Positions 50,323 to 63,261 are shown, numbered from the whole stretch's first letter. The stretch is 63,940 nucleotides of DNA, filler included, from Craspedostauros australis (GCA_030167865.1; 13 parts of 13 records of this genome joined end to end with filler, not necessarily neighbours in it), one strand, 5' to 3'. Numbers and translations are program-made. The notes: generated by a model from the sequence alone, not told the origin.

Positions 50323-50640
50323 NNNNNNNNNNNNNNNNNNNNNNNNNNNNNNNNNNNNNNNNNNNNTTAATTAATTAANNNNNNNNNNNNNNNNNNNNNN
50401 NNNNNNNNNNNNNNNNNNNNNNGACGGTTATGGGCATCATCTTGGATGGCAAAGTGATGGCACCATGGTCCCATCCAGAATTTTGCGCCACACACAATCC
50501 CACGTTATCAACAAAAATGCTGTTAAATTTGAAGTCAATTTAAATTTAAGTTCAATATTCCTATACATCGCAAGTTATTTGTTCACATGGTGCATTTAGT
50601 TTTAATTGTGAATGAAGTGGTGTTGCGATATAGCATCATA

Positions 50641-53600
50641 TTACTCCGTTGTGAAATGATTTCCACTTATCTCTTTTATCATCGGTTCGACGCCGTGTCG
50701 TAGTGGCCAACTTTGGGAGCTGCGGGAGACCCTTTTCCCAGTTGCCTCCCACCCTGGTCTGACGCATCCTTGTTGACCTTCGGTACCCATCGCAGTACCA
50801 TCAAGAATTGGTATACTAATATGGGTAGATACCATATAAACCATACCATACAAACAGAGAACAGCATCTCCACATTTAGACTGCTTGTCCGGCGCCATGC
50901 CTCCACGTTTCTGTCATTGAAACACTGTGCAAGAGTTGGTTCGTGTGCTTTCACTTGCCCGAATGGTTGAAAGGTTAATTCTTATCGTGACATCGCTCTC
51001 TGTTCCGTAAGTCCAAATCATCCTCCAGTTCCACAGACGAAATACGACATGGTACAACATGCGAAGAACAATCCAAAGACAAAATCACGAAACATCGATT
51101 TTCTATTTGACATTTGTTTGTGTTCACAAGTACGCAATCGATACTTGATTGAAAGGAAACATGAGAACTCCCCTCGTGTTGTGGACATCGGTGTCTTCGT
51201 GACCTGTCGCACCAAATAAGAGCTTTGACACAACACCACGACCCAACCAGCCAATCATGATGGTCGGTTCATGCAATGCCAAAGTTATTGTTGACTGATG
51301 ACGCCATCGGGCTTCCGAAGGGTTTGTCCAACACGTCACGTTGATCGTGTTGTGAATTTTCCTTTTCCGTTTTTACGTTTCGAAGCACAATTTTTGGTGT
51401 TGTTATTGTGGTCTCGTCTCGAAAACGCGATTTCCGACTGATTGCAACACTCACCCATTTCCCGAATCGTACAATTCTCGTGTTGTATTTGTATTAAATG
51501 GTTTATTATTCCTGCAAAATGCATAGTGTTGTCCAATTGTTGTTTGAATTTGTCAGTATTGTGAGTGTGTGTGTGGTGTGTATGATTTGGTGCTGATGAT
51601 GGATTCAAGACTACGGAGCTGTGATGTTGTTTGTTGTGTCAGCTATTGCTGCTGTCAATGACGTCTGTCATCATACATGTGGACAGATGCCAACACCCCC
51701 ATGCTTGTGGTAGCTAGCGAAAAAAAAACACTCTGTCGTACAGAGAAGACTGGGATCACCGCACTCCACTGGCAGCATTCACCAGCAAACGTAGAATGAT
51801 GGAATACATCCCATGAGTAGGTCCGTATGTCAAAAGAATAGAATCACAGGCATCTACTTGTTGCACAGATCCGAAGCATTGGGGTTGGATGACACATCGG
51901 CAATGAGGATGAGATCTCTGTCCACCCAATTGCAGACCGCAAATGTGTGTATATCAATATGCCTGGAGTTCCTTGGCAGTTGGTTGGCGTTTGCCATCAT
52001 TCTGACGCCTTGGATGTCCTTGTAGATAAGTATGGCATGCTGTTGGCACATGCTGATCTTGTCCAGGATGGACCGAAACCAGAGCACCATCTTGCCATTG
52101 TTGCTGGTGACAATGAACTCGGCTTTAGAGGTAATGAGAGAAACAGTGGGTTGGACACAGGTTTTTCATGCAACAGCAGGGCTGCCAAGAAGCAACACAA
52201 TGTCTCTGGTGAATTTACAATGCTTTGTATTGGCACCCCAATTGGCATCCATGTATACATGTAGCAAAGTTGCCTGGATGGTGGCCTGGTCCGTTGGGCT
52301 GTGGCGCTTGTTGTTGGCAGGCAAGAGGTGTTTCAGTACTGGTACATCTGCAAGCTGCGGAACAGGAGACTGTCACCAGTAGGTGATCCCAAAGTCCCTG
52401 GTGGATGCAACATACCTGAAGAGGTATTTGACGGCTTTGTAGTGTACACATGCAGGGTTCATAAAGACTTGGCTCAGCTTCACCACAGGAAAGGAGATGT
52501 CAGGGCGACAGGAAACCATGGCCCGGATGAGCTTGCCAATGGCTCAGTGGTAGCTGAAGGATTTGGATTGCAGACCATGATGCTTGGCTTCCATGTTGGG
52601 TAAGACTGCCTGATCCAATTGCCACACATGCCCATTGTCTGCGCGCATGGGTAGGCGTTGTGTAGACTTCAATCAATGCCAATCGTGTTGCCAGAGCACC
52701 TTGTCGATTTATGTGGAGCAGTGCACATTCACATGTCGTCAGGCCTGAGTGAGATCCAGTCCGTTGTAGTGTGCAAACAGACCGTACCAAGTGATGGGAT
52801 GGTTCAGCCGAGCATCGAGCGTGTCACAGAACTCCTCGTAAAAGGTCTCATCCTTGGTTGCCACCGCAAAGTTCTCCACCTGCCAGGGCATGTACGCATT
52901 GTGGGTGTGAAGGTTTCCAATGTGCAAACATGGTGCTTGAGTTGTAGTGTGAACCCCATGTCCTTGAGTAGCTGATTGGTATGTGGACTCCACTGTAACG
53001 GTGCTTCAGGATGCTCTGTAGATTCTTGAGAACAGGCACAACCATGTGTTGACCCCAGGACAACGTCATGATTGTGCTTCCACTAGCTGCAGAACTGATC
53101 ATCAATTTGCATGTAGTGATGTTGTGCGCTGGCAGGCGCTTTGGTGACTGCATTCATGATGTCAGCTCTGTACATGAGCAGTCCTTGCACTTTAACGATG
53201 GCCACCAAGATGCGGAACTCCGTGAGGTCGGGAGTAGCAGCATATGTGTGACCAAAGATGTGCACATTGCCACCCCAGGTGGACCCATCACAAATGGCAC
53301 TAGCTTTTTACAGTTGCTCCCATGTGTCTTTACAACGCCAAACCAAACCCAGTTGAAGACTGCTGTGCCTGGTCGTGCCTCATTGGGCTCGCGGAACATG
53401 CCTTGGTGATGACATTGCTCGATTTTCTTGAGTTTGACTTTTTGCTCCTCATCTCAATCATCGCGCTGGAGCAGTTTGCGCCAGGTGAGCTTTGGAGCAG
53501 CCTCCACTTGACATGCAGTTGGTGAGATGTGATCAAGGATGGAGCCGATTTGCCCAAGTTGGTCAAAGTACATTTGTGGAACACCGTGCTGTGTGAGGGA

Positions 53601-56600
53601 GTTGCGAACATTGTCAAATACAAAGACCGCGTCGCTCGCATCCAGTACAGCCTGGGTGAGATCCGGCAGCGAGCGGATGTCATGGTCGCCGATGGCCAGC
53701 AAGTAGGCGCTCTTGAGCCAGGATCTCCACCGCAGAATGCGCGCTGATGTCGAGCTTGGCTTGCATTGTGTGAGATGCAGACGCCCTCAGAGCTCATCAG
53801 GCACAAATTCCAACCCTGCAGTTGGAATGCTGTCAGAGAGGTGGATGTGCTCATGGAATACCCTTTGGTAGGGATCCACAGTCATGCGCACGATGTAGGC
53901 ACTGTCAACACTGTCAACAGAGCATGCTGCTGCAGCTGCATAGAGCATGTCATTGTCATGCGTACTGTAGTTGGCGCACTTGATAGGAAGGCATACGACC
54001 ATCCGTCTTGGCTTTCTCAGCACCTGAACCATGTATGCCATTGCCATTGTGAGACAGTTGAAACCCAAGGGTGAGCAGAAGTTGTAGTCCTGGCGGACGT
54101 TCATGGACAGAGAAGTGGGCCTCATCGAAGATCAGGTTGCCAGCAGTCTTGATACGCCCCGAATCCAAGTTGAAATATTCCTGGAGCGAGGGTGTGGCAG
54201 TATGACCAACAAAGATGCTGTTGTTGGTGTGGATGTCCAGCTTTGTGGCAGGATGGTCAGGCTTGCACACAACCACTCTGGAACCATGACTTGCAGGTGG
54301 CTCAGGTTGGGCTTGACGCCATGTGGAAGCTGGTATGGAGTGGTGTTAATGATGGAGTGCCAAAGCCTATTCTTGACATACACTGCATGTGCAAGGGCAC
54401 AAACCTGGAACTTGGGATGCAGGTCTGAGGAGTACATCAGTGATCTGGTCTTCACACCAAAGGTGTGGTTGAGTCCCTCAACCTTGCCATTCATCCAAGC
54501 GCATCTGGCCCCAGTGGGTTCGAGAGTGTATCCCGCAGACCGGACGACCTCCTGGAAGGCACTCGATCATGCAAGCTCGCCACCAGTGTCGACCCTCACT
54601 GCCTTGCAACCATCCTTGCAACCAAACTCACAAAGCAGGTTGGCAAACATGTCCACAGGTGGGGATCTGGTCTTGGTAGGGGAACACCTAAGTGTACCGA
54701 GTGCACGCATCAGTGACAAGAAAGTACGAGTGTACCCTTCAAGAGGCTGCAACACCTGTTCGGCCTGGCAGAGTTCCGCAGCAACTCCTGTCCGTACTGA
54801 GGATCGGACAACTGCGTGAAGCCGTAGTCAGCATGGAATCTTGTGCCAGTGGCAGGAATAGGGCTGTTATCTTGAGGTCCTTGAGGATCTGTCTGACGCT
54901 GGGCTTGGCTGCATGAAGTACAGTGCCCCATTGGATGTGCACCAGTGGCAAGGAGGCCTGGAATACCAGAACAGTGAGTATGGAGCTGCTTCAGGTGCAA
55001 CATACCAGCATGGCCAGGCACATATGCCAGAGCTCCACGCCGAGTGCAGGAGACACATGCTTGACAGCGAACGCAGTTAGCTTGACATCATCATTGGTAC
55101 TGAAGAAGTAGAGTCTGTTGCAACGACGCGTGGGCGCATCGATGGAACGCCTGTGGCCATGGAAGGAGAGAACAGACCCTGATGGACCATCATTGAGCAC
55201 GTAGCACACAAAGTTGTTGTCCCGCCAACAAACACTGGCCTGCAACAAGACAAAGTCTCAGCCAGATCAGGGCAGAACATTATGGTGGCCTTTATCACAC
55301 CACCACACTAGCTGGGAATGGTGAGAGTGCCTTCTCTCTGGCATACCATACGGTCTGTGCTGGCATTGGCTGCAGCCAGTGGGGCAAGATCGGCGTATCA
55401 CCAATAGTCTCAAAGGATAGATCAGTCAGGCATAGCACTGATGTTTGCGCAAGGATAGCATTCCCCACGTTGTCTATAGGGTTCCATGTGTGCACCCTAC
55501 TTCCAGGGCACCGGGAAGAATGAACAGTGCAAGTGTGGGCAACTACAAAGGTGACCAGCTTTGACAGAGTGATCTCTGCCATGGTAGAGTGTGCAAGCGA
55601 GGACACTTCATCAAGTGGATGTACTGCCTGTGTCATGCTAGTGCTTGATGATGGAATATGCCGTTCATCAAGGATTGCACCTGATCCTGACAGGCAGCCC
55701 AAAACTCCTGGTCGAAGGCATCCTGAATAGCATTGGAGAAGACAAGATCACTGAAGTTGCCATCACCATGGTGCCTGAAGCGCTGCAGAACATGAGAAGT
55801 TGCCTTGTGCCTGTCATGCCCGAAGTGGGTGCGATAGCTGCTGCACACCTTCTTGGCCTCGTCAGGATGCTCTTACACAAAGTGCATGAGATGGGTGGTG
55901 CGCCCAAAGGCTTTGCACGTAGAAGCTTCGTGCCTCATGTAGAAGCATGCTTCGCAGAAGGCGTCCCAATTGGGCTTGTAGAAGGTATTGCATGGCCTAT
56001 TTGGGAAACCGTTGTCCTGTTGGTCACCTCATCCGCTATAAGCACTTTGGGTTTGAACGCGGTAGACCTTGAGTGTAACAGCGCCACCAGGAGGATCCAG
56101 AGTCTCTTGGGCAATCTGCTCGACATGCAGATTGAAAGGAAGTGCCTTGGGTGATGTCAAAGTGCGCAGCATGGTGCGGAAATGCTCCAGCATGTAGCCA
56201 TGCTTACATAGACCCTCGAGCAAGATAGGACTCAGATCAAGGTTGGAGACCGAGTGGCGGAAGACAAGCCCCTGGAGCTTGTCTATCAGCTTAAAGCTCA
56301 TGGAGAAGACACAAGAGCTGTGGACATTCCTGGGGATCACCACAGTGATAGGATAGAACCAATCCAATGGGCAAAAGTGGACATCCACCAATGCCACAGC
56401 AGCATGGAGCTGCACGTACCACAAGAAGACACGGTTGAGTGTATCATGCGCAAGCTTGGTCTGCTGTCAATCCTGCGCCTGCGACGCACTGAGACAGAGC
56501 AAATCGAGGGCATCACCAATGGTGTATTCACTGTGGCGATGGAAGGCAGGGCTGGAGTTAGCCACTTTGTAGGAAACACCAGACCCAGCAACGTAACCAA

Positions 56601-57926
56601 ACTCAAATGGATCTTGGGAAGGAATGGTGTCCTCACCAGGACCAGAAAATGCTGTCCTTGCAGAGAAAGTGCAGGGGGCATGGCATCAGTATGTTTGGCA
56701 CAAGCACTGTTGGCAGCCTCATCAACAGGGGCATCATTGGCAGGAGCCTTGGAAATCCTGGCATTGCTGTCAGTGGTGGTGTCAACTGCTTCAAGCATGG
56801 GAACTGATGGTAGTGCAGTGCGTATTGGCGGAGTGATGTCACAGGCATGTGGAACAGTGATGGAGTGGCGCAGATATGCGCGGAACTTGCAGGCCTGGAA
56901 GTGGATGGCCCAATTGTCATCGCCATCGCCATCATCTCCACAAGCGTGAAACCATAATTGATGTTTGCATGTGCCCATACATGGACAAGATCACCACCCC
57001 AATGCGCAAATCAGGCATGGAAGAGGGCATCATCACTGCTGAGAAAATTGTAGAATTCACTGTCGATGGTAATCTTGAGGTCATCCCACATGAGGGGAAC
57101 CACGTCCAACCCAGCTGTTTGCAGATGAGACAGGCATCAACAAGAGCATGGCACTCTATGCTATTGTTGTTGACAGCTATGATGGAAGAGAGACAGAAGA
57201 AAGAATGGAGAGTGTGGGCAAAGAGGTCGAGGCAAGATACAGTGAATGCAACGGAATGTCACATCCGTGAGCACTTGCGAAGAGAGGAAGTAATGAAAGA
57301 TTCACGTGACAGGTGAAATGGCCAGAACCTGTCAATATTATGTGAGTGTGGTGTGTATGATTTGGTACTATTGGTGGATCTAGAGTATCAGACATGTGTT
57401 GATCTCTGTCTGTGGCAGCTGGAGTGTCTCCATCAGCATCTGTCGTCATCCAGAAGCACGCACGCCAACAGAAGCGGGTTTGGAAAAGCTCAACACAACA
57501 AAGCCAACGAAAAATACGCAAAAATACGCTATCTTCGACCAATTCGCGCTATCAGAATCTGTATTTTGGCGCATTTCTGACAGCTGCCTCATCCAAAACA
57601 AGACAAAATCAAAAAAATGAACGCTTTCGAACACCTGACGTGACGTCACGACACAGAATTGCGAGAAGACATCCACGAACAGAGGGGAGAGACGGAACGC
57701 ATCGATGATAAAAACCTGTCGGAGCGAGACGCGGATGGTATTGTATTCTGCGGTCGTGGTACCTGGCACCGCCAGAGACCAGAAACGAGCGCGCGAATTT
57801 CGAAGGAAGGAAGAGTCACTAAAAACAGACAATTTGGTTACCGCAACCCCCACTTTTGATGACGTCTTTGATGTCTCCCCACATGTCGCAAAAAAGATAT
57901 GTGGAAATCATTTCACAACGGAGGAA
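50641..57926. mobile_element. Non-autonomous TIR DNA transposon (TIR about 32 bp, TA TSD) inserted into a MITE copy; hosts a copia element
   Basis: Left end TTACTCCGTTGTGAAATGATTTCCACTTATCT; right-end reverse complement TTCCTCCGTTGTGAAATGATTTCCACATATCT. TA on both sides. The empty site GCATCATAAGCA is seen at about 49511-49522. Confidence 0.85.
51551..57470 (-). mobile_element. Full-length but decayed Ty1/copia retrotransposon; LTRs 57470-57330 and 51695-51551
   Basis: LTRs of about 141-145 bp with TGTTGG...GACA ends on minus. PBS-like GGTTCTGGCC after the 5' LTR, GGGGG PPT before the 3' LTR. Remnants of pre-integrase (ELWH), integrase (VRVDTGGELA, NGKVE...AVYVKNR), RT (HTYA...YRADIMNA) and RNase H (SRHIDI...NASDL.K). 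Imperfect TSD GAATT/GAAGC. Confidence 0.88.
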
Positions 57927-58295
57927 TAAGCACTTTTTGGGATGGATTGCATTTTTGCTCTAGACTGGACTACGCAACACGACTAATCCCACGTTGGAGG
58001 GCAAAAAATTCTACAACTAGTGCCTCGAAGAGCCGGCTGTAGCCAAACAAATTGGCGATGTTTGGCGATGTTTGGATCACAGAAACTGCTCTGTAGAACG
58101 TAGTACATTTGCTACGTAAGTCCCGAACAAAAAAGGCTAAAAACAGCATCAACCAAAGTTAAACTCTCCGGACTTAGCTCGTGTGCGTGTTCCTGNNNNN
58201 NNNNNNNNNNNNNNNNNNNNNNNNNNNNNNNNNNNNNNNTTAATTAATTAANNNNNNNNNNNNNNNNNNNNNNNNNNNNNNNNNNNNNNNNNNNN

Positions 58296-60386
58296 AGCAG
58301 CCGTCTCTCAAGCCGCAGCTGACGCCATCACGGACCCCAAGCCGAAAGGAGGCAAGCGTCCGGACGACGACAGCGACGATGACGACGAAGACCTCACCAC
58401 CAAGCCAATCGTCCCCATCATGGGTGGAATGAACCAGCAAGGCCGCAACTGGGTACCCTGGACAGCAGGCGAACCAAACGTGGAATGGACTGGCCTCAAG
58501 GAAGGGTCCCAAACTAGATGGACCCACGCCCAGCAGCAGAGAATCCTCCACAACGGAGCCGACTCTGCGAACCAAGCCAAGCGCGAAACTGGATTGACCG
58601 ACAAGTTCAAGAAAGGNGGCAACATCCAGCAATTCATTNGGCTGGTACACAACCACATGAGCAAGACGGGACTCTTAACCATGGCATACATTGCCGATGA
58701 CGCTGCAACCCCAACAATGGTATGTGTCCTCGACTCACCTGCCTCCTTCACCCTTGAAGATTCAATGAGGCATTTCGAAGCATACCACGAGAAGTGGGAC
58801 AACTACGACGTCCAAAACAACTGGGCAGCCGCCTCGTTCTTCCTCGATAGCCTTGACCCAGTTCTCGAAGATCAGCTCATGAACCGAATCGAAAGGAAGT
58901 ATCACAACCACTTCCTAACCCTCTTCATCGAATTCATGAATAGCATCACCGCCAACTCGTTGGACGAGCAAGACAAGATCGCCAAGGACATCCGTCAAGT
59001 CGACTGCTCTCAGTTCGCTGGTGAGAACGTCGGAGACATGGCTGTCAAGCTTCGCGCCCTCTGCAAGAGCCTCGATGACGCTGGTCGCTTCGACCTCCAT
59101 CTGCTCCGCAACATCCTTGACGCCTTCCTTCAGGCAGGCGGCAAGTTCCTTTCCGGTGAACAATACCGACGTCCCCTCTATGTGATGAAGGATGATCTTG
59201 AGATAATCCTCAAGCGTCTCCCCATATTCACGTACCAAGAAGCTCTTCCAAAGCTCGCAGCCAAGGAGCTCACCTGGATGGCAATCTGCAACAAAGCGCA
59301 GGCTTCGTACGACAACGAAGTACGAGGAGATCGCTGGCACGCCATTAGACGCGTCAAGGACCGCAACGTCCCCAGGCAATCGTACTTCAACAATGTAGCC
59401 AAGCATCCAAAGGCCAACATCCTTGAGCAACACAAGGGTTTTGGAAGGAACAACGCGAAGAAGAAGAATCAACCAAAGAAGCCCAACAACAACAACGGCA
59501 ATCGAAAACCGAACCAAGGTTGGGCATCCACGCCACCCAAAGCGGGTGAACCACAGCGCAAGCTCGTCTATGACAAGACGTTCATGTGGTGCGCGAAGTG
59601 TCGTCGTTGGCGCCTTTTGCATAACACCGAAAGTCATCAAGACAACTTCAAGCCGAAAGGTAAAGGCAACAACAACGCAAAGCCTGACCATCTCGTCGTC
59701 GACATGGCTGCTTGGACCTGCTTAACAGCTGCTACCAGCCAAGACGAGAAAGAATGGTGGTCGTTTGTGTGGAACCTCTTCACCTCCTTCAACTACCTCA
59801 GCTGTGCAATCGGATCAATCCTTTCTTTCGTGAGCATTCAAGTCTACACTCTCGGAGTCGAGCACGGGTGGTACGTCACGGCAACTAACGCCTGGATGAT
59901 AATCGCTACCACGCTGCTCCTCCTTCACTCAAATGTTCCACGAAGACACAGCCCCATCAAAGCTGCCGACACTTTCCAAACAATGTCTCGAACCAAGTCT
60001 AAGAGCAACATTCGCCGCCCCATCCACTTCAATGAACCAGTGAAGCGCACTCTCTACGACGCGATGACAGAGAACAGTAAGGCAACTGACCCTGTGCCAA
60101 TGCGAGCTCTCAATACTAGTCCGCCACGGAACGCGAAATCAGAACCTCGCCCTGCTCGGACCAAAACTCGCAAGCGCAACCAAAAACGTCACCATTGGAA
60201 TAAGCCCAAAACACCGTTGGAGTACTCCAAATATGGCGCGAAACAAAACAATTCGCAAAATCCAATCACACGTACACGAAGTCGCACATCAACCCTCTCA
60301 CGAAATCTCTGGAACATTTACCCCAAGCTCGGCATTGACTTGGCTTGCGGCAAAAGTCAGACTCAACCCTGTGATACTGACGCTCC
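58296..60386 (+). mobile_element. CoDi-like copia gag ORF (open across the whole contig) with downstream hydrophobic segment
   Basis: WD.YD.QN, FLDSLDP.L, FAGENV, and a zinc-knuckle-like KTFMWCAKCRRWRLLHNTESH motif typical of diatom copia gag. No stop within the contig. Confidence 0.78.
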
Positions 60387-60659
60387 NNNNNNNNNNNNNN
60401 NNNNNNNNNNNNNNNNNNNNNNNNNNNNNNTTAATTAATTAANNNNNNNNNNNNNNNNNNNNNNNNNNNNNNNNNNNNNNNNNNNNAAATGTGAGATCAT
60501 GCGCCACATGCTAACGTGTATTTAACGCGTACCAACCGAACGACATCTTCGACACCGTCTTCGTGACTGATTACCATACGATAAATAATCAAGAACATCA
60601 CAGAACCTTCTGAGAAACAAGTAGGAGTTTCATGGGGTTCGACCCATACGACTCAAAAA

Positions 60660-60827
60660 TGCCTCGATGGGCTCATAAAACTTAAAATAAGGTCTAACCG
60701 GAAAGTGATTTGAATCAGTATTTGGTTTTAGAATATGGGGATTATGAATATGTGATTTGTTTGGATATCCGAGAAAAAAGGTGTTGAGTCCCAGGACAAA
60801 GTGCAGGTCGACTCACTCGGGGGGCTC
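60660..60827 (-). mobile_element. MITE family end (terminus ...GTCGACTCACTCGGGGGGCTC)
   Basis: About 165-bp near-identical inverted copy of 62359-62525. Confidence 0.85.
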
Positions 60828-60906
60828 ATAAATCACGATCACCCAAGAATTGTTTTCGATCGTGGAAACGACAAATAGGAATGACCAATTGAGTCACGAT
60901 ATCCAG

Positions 60907-61460
60907 TCACGTACATATTGTAGACCTGGATTGGAATGTAGACTCAATTTGCCAGCATTTGATGTCGCACACAGCATCTTTGGGTGTAGCCAGGGCAGGG
61001 ATGAGTGTACATAGAGTATGTGTCTCATCACTACTATTGCTTCCTGCAAATACACTTACGTCGCTTCCGAATGGCTGCTGTTGATGCAGGTGGCCGATTC
61101 CTCTTACCATTGTGAGTACAGCGATGACAGTGATGTGTGGCATGACATGATTCGTGTGCGTTTTGGAGATTCATGCCTTTCCTATCGGGGAGATTGCAAG
61201 ACAAGGTCGTGGGCAAGACTGTGCATGCTACATGCGGGGCATGCTGATTGTGGGTGTATGCATGCGGTCAGACCGGAGCAGCAGCTCGACCATGTCTTCG
61301 TCATGAAACTCAGCGGCATGGTTGAGCGCCGTGCGTCCTCTGTCGTCCGCGACACAGATATTGGCGGTGTCATGGATTGGGCAGAATTGAACCAGAGCTT
61401 CTGCTTCGTCCACATTGCCATCCATAGATGCGTAGTGGAGAGGCGATGATTTCATTTTCC
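60907..61460 (-). pseudogene. Ankyrin-repeat gene fragment, disrupted
   Basis: SPLHYASMDGNVDEAEALV...DDRGRTALNHAAEFHDEDMVELLL, then stop and frameshifts. Confidence 0.7.
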
Positions 61461-62358
61461 ATGGTCTACATCTGATTGTCGATTCATTGTGGTGAAGGCG
61501 GCTCTCTGTTCTCTTGTGACGTGCTCGTACGGGTGTGCAGAGTATCTTCTGATTGCGATGTTGTTGCTGTTGCTTTTTGCGTTGCGCTCGTGCCAGCGAG
61601 ACCAACCGAGAATTCTGTCGTGATGGCAAGAGTCGAGATTCATCTCCGGACTCATCGAGTCACGATACAACATCAACACGAGAATCGATCAAACAAGCTG
61701 CTTCATCCAATCACGGACAATCGTTCGATCACGAGTTGCGTGTTGGGCAATTGGAACTGAATGACCTGTGTACTGTTCGGTCATGGACATTGGTGACGCC
61801 TTCGTGTTGGTGCATGTCGTTGCGTCTTGAATACGACATTAATTTGTTATATAAAATACGTGATGCGCGTCCAAGAAAACTCCTCTTCACGTACACGAAA
61901 AGATGATTCGACGCGCGAATCTTGCGCAGTTGATGAGATGATACAACGTTGTGTGCGGGGTGACGTTGCGTCCGCTAAGGTTGCCTCTTTTCCTTTTGTG
62001 AGGAACATGGGTGTGGATGGAAATTACGACGAAGAATGATTTGGCCAGCGTCAAAAGTGAGGACAATGCGGCATGGTTGGCACGAACGATCACGAGAAAC
62101 AGCCGCACAGCAACCTCATTGTGGCACCAGACACGACAACGGGCCGCACAAAACAACGGAGGACAACGGAACAAACGAACGAGAGAAAGGAGGCAGCGAA
62201 GGAGGAAACGATCGAAGCACAGCCAGACACGAGCACCACCCGTGAGGAACAGGCATCTCCCAAGGAACACACGAACGACGACGCATCCAAGAACCCGATA
62301 CGGTAGTGGGAGTCTGGAGCAACGTCGAAAGGCATCGTTGAAGATAGCACGACCATAA

Positions 62359-62649
62359 GAGCCCCCCGAGTGAGTCGACCTGCACTTTGTCCTGGGACTC
62401 AACATCTTTTTCCTCGGATATCCAAACAAATCACATATTCATAATCCCCATATTCTAAAACCAAATACTGATTCAAATTACTTTCCGGTTAGACCTTAGT
62501 TTAAGTTTTATGGGCCCATCAAGGTGCTAATTTTTAGACTGCTTTAGGGACTCAGCCTTTGACAGCCGACTACATCGATTCAATTTAACCCTTTGCTGTT
62601 CTTCGTTTCAGCAAGGTTGTTCCGATTTTGAATTGTTTAGTCTCTTTTT
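62359..62649 (+). mobile_element. MITE family end (GAGCCCCCCGAGTGAGTCGACCTGCA...), preceded by TAA, truncated by contig end
   Basis: Homologous to 60660-60827, 42958-44000 and 63726-63905. Confidence 0.85.
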
Positions 62650-62749
62650 NNNNNNNNNNNNNNNNNNNNNNNNNNNNNNNNNNNNNNNNNNNNTTAATTA
62701 ATTAANNNNNNNNNNNNNNNNNNNNNNNNNNNNNNNNNNNNNNNNNNNN

Positions 62750-63261
62750 GGTTCTTTGGGTTTCATCGAAACGAATTTCTGCATGATCTCGGCCTTGTCC
62801 TCGGCCTTCGTTGTGGCCGCTCCGGACTTGACCGCGCCGAATGCGGATGTTGGCTCCGTTTTGTCGTCGGGGGCTTGGAATCCGTCAAGCAGTTCGTAGA
62901 GGAGCTCCGCCTGCTCGACGTCCATCTCGGAAGTCTCCGTGAGGACCTCAACGTCTTCGAAACTCGCGAATTCTCCCTCGACGGACTCATCTGTTTCGTC
63001 AGCGATGGTTGATCTGTCGCCGAGAGGGGTATTTGCTTGGTCAAGGAGGGAACTGTAGAAATCCATATCCTCGTCGGCAGGCACACCATTGGGTTCCGTG
63101 GTGGGCTCTTCGAGCAGCCCCTTGCTATCCATCAACGGAGCGATGTTGACCTTGCGCATAGCTGCGGCACGCGGGATGACAGGCCTTGCCATCTGAAATG
63201 CGGAGCTCGGGCATGCCCAGAGCAATCCGGCCGCGGCGGCAGAAATGATGTGTATTCTCAT
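62750..63261 (-). CDS. N-terminal part of an unknown plastid-targeted protein (3' end lost in gap)
   Basis: MRIHIISAAAAGLLWACPSSA|FQMARP is a signal peptide plus ASAF-type motif. A basic transit peptide and an acidic region follow. CA-rich 5' leader like the other genes here. Confidence 0.72.

Noticed and set aside
57705..57929. Small ORFs sharing the peptide GNHFTTE (also 50641-50898)
   Set aside because: The shared peptide is just the translated TIR, not a gene family.
62506..62520. TTATGGGCCCA resembling a copia tRNA-iMet primer-binding site
   Set aside because: It lies inside the MITE sequence, has no adjacent LTR, and is not conserved in the other copies.
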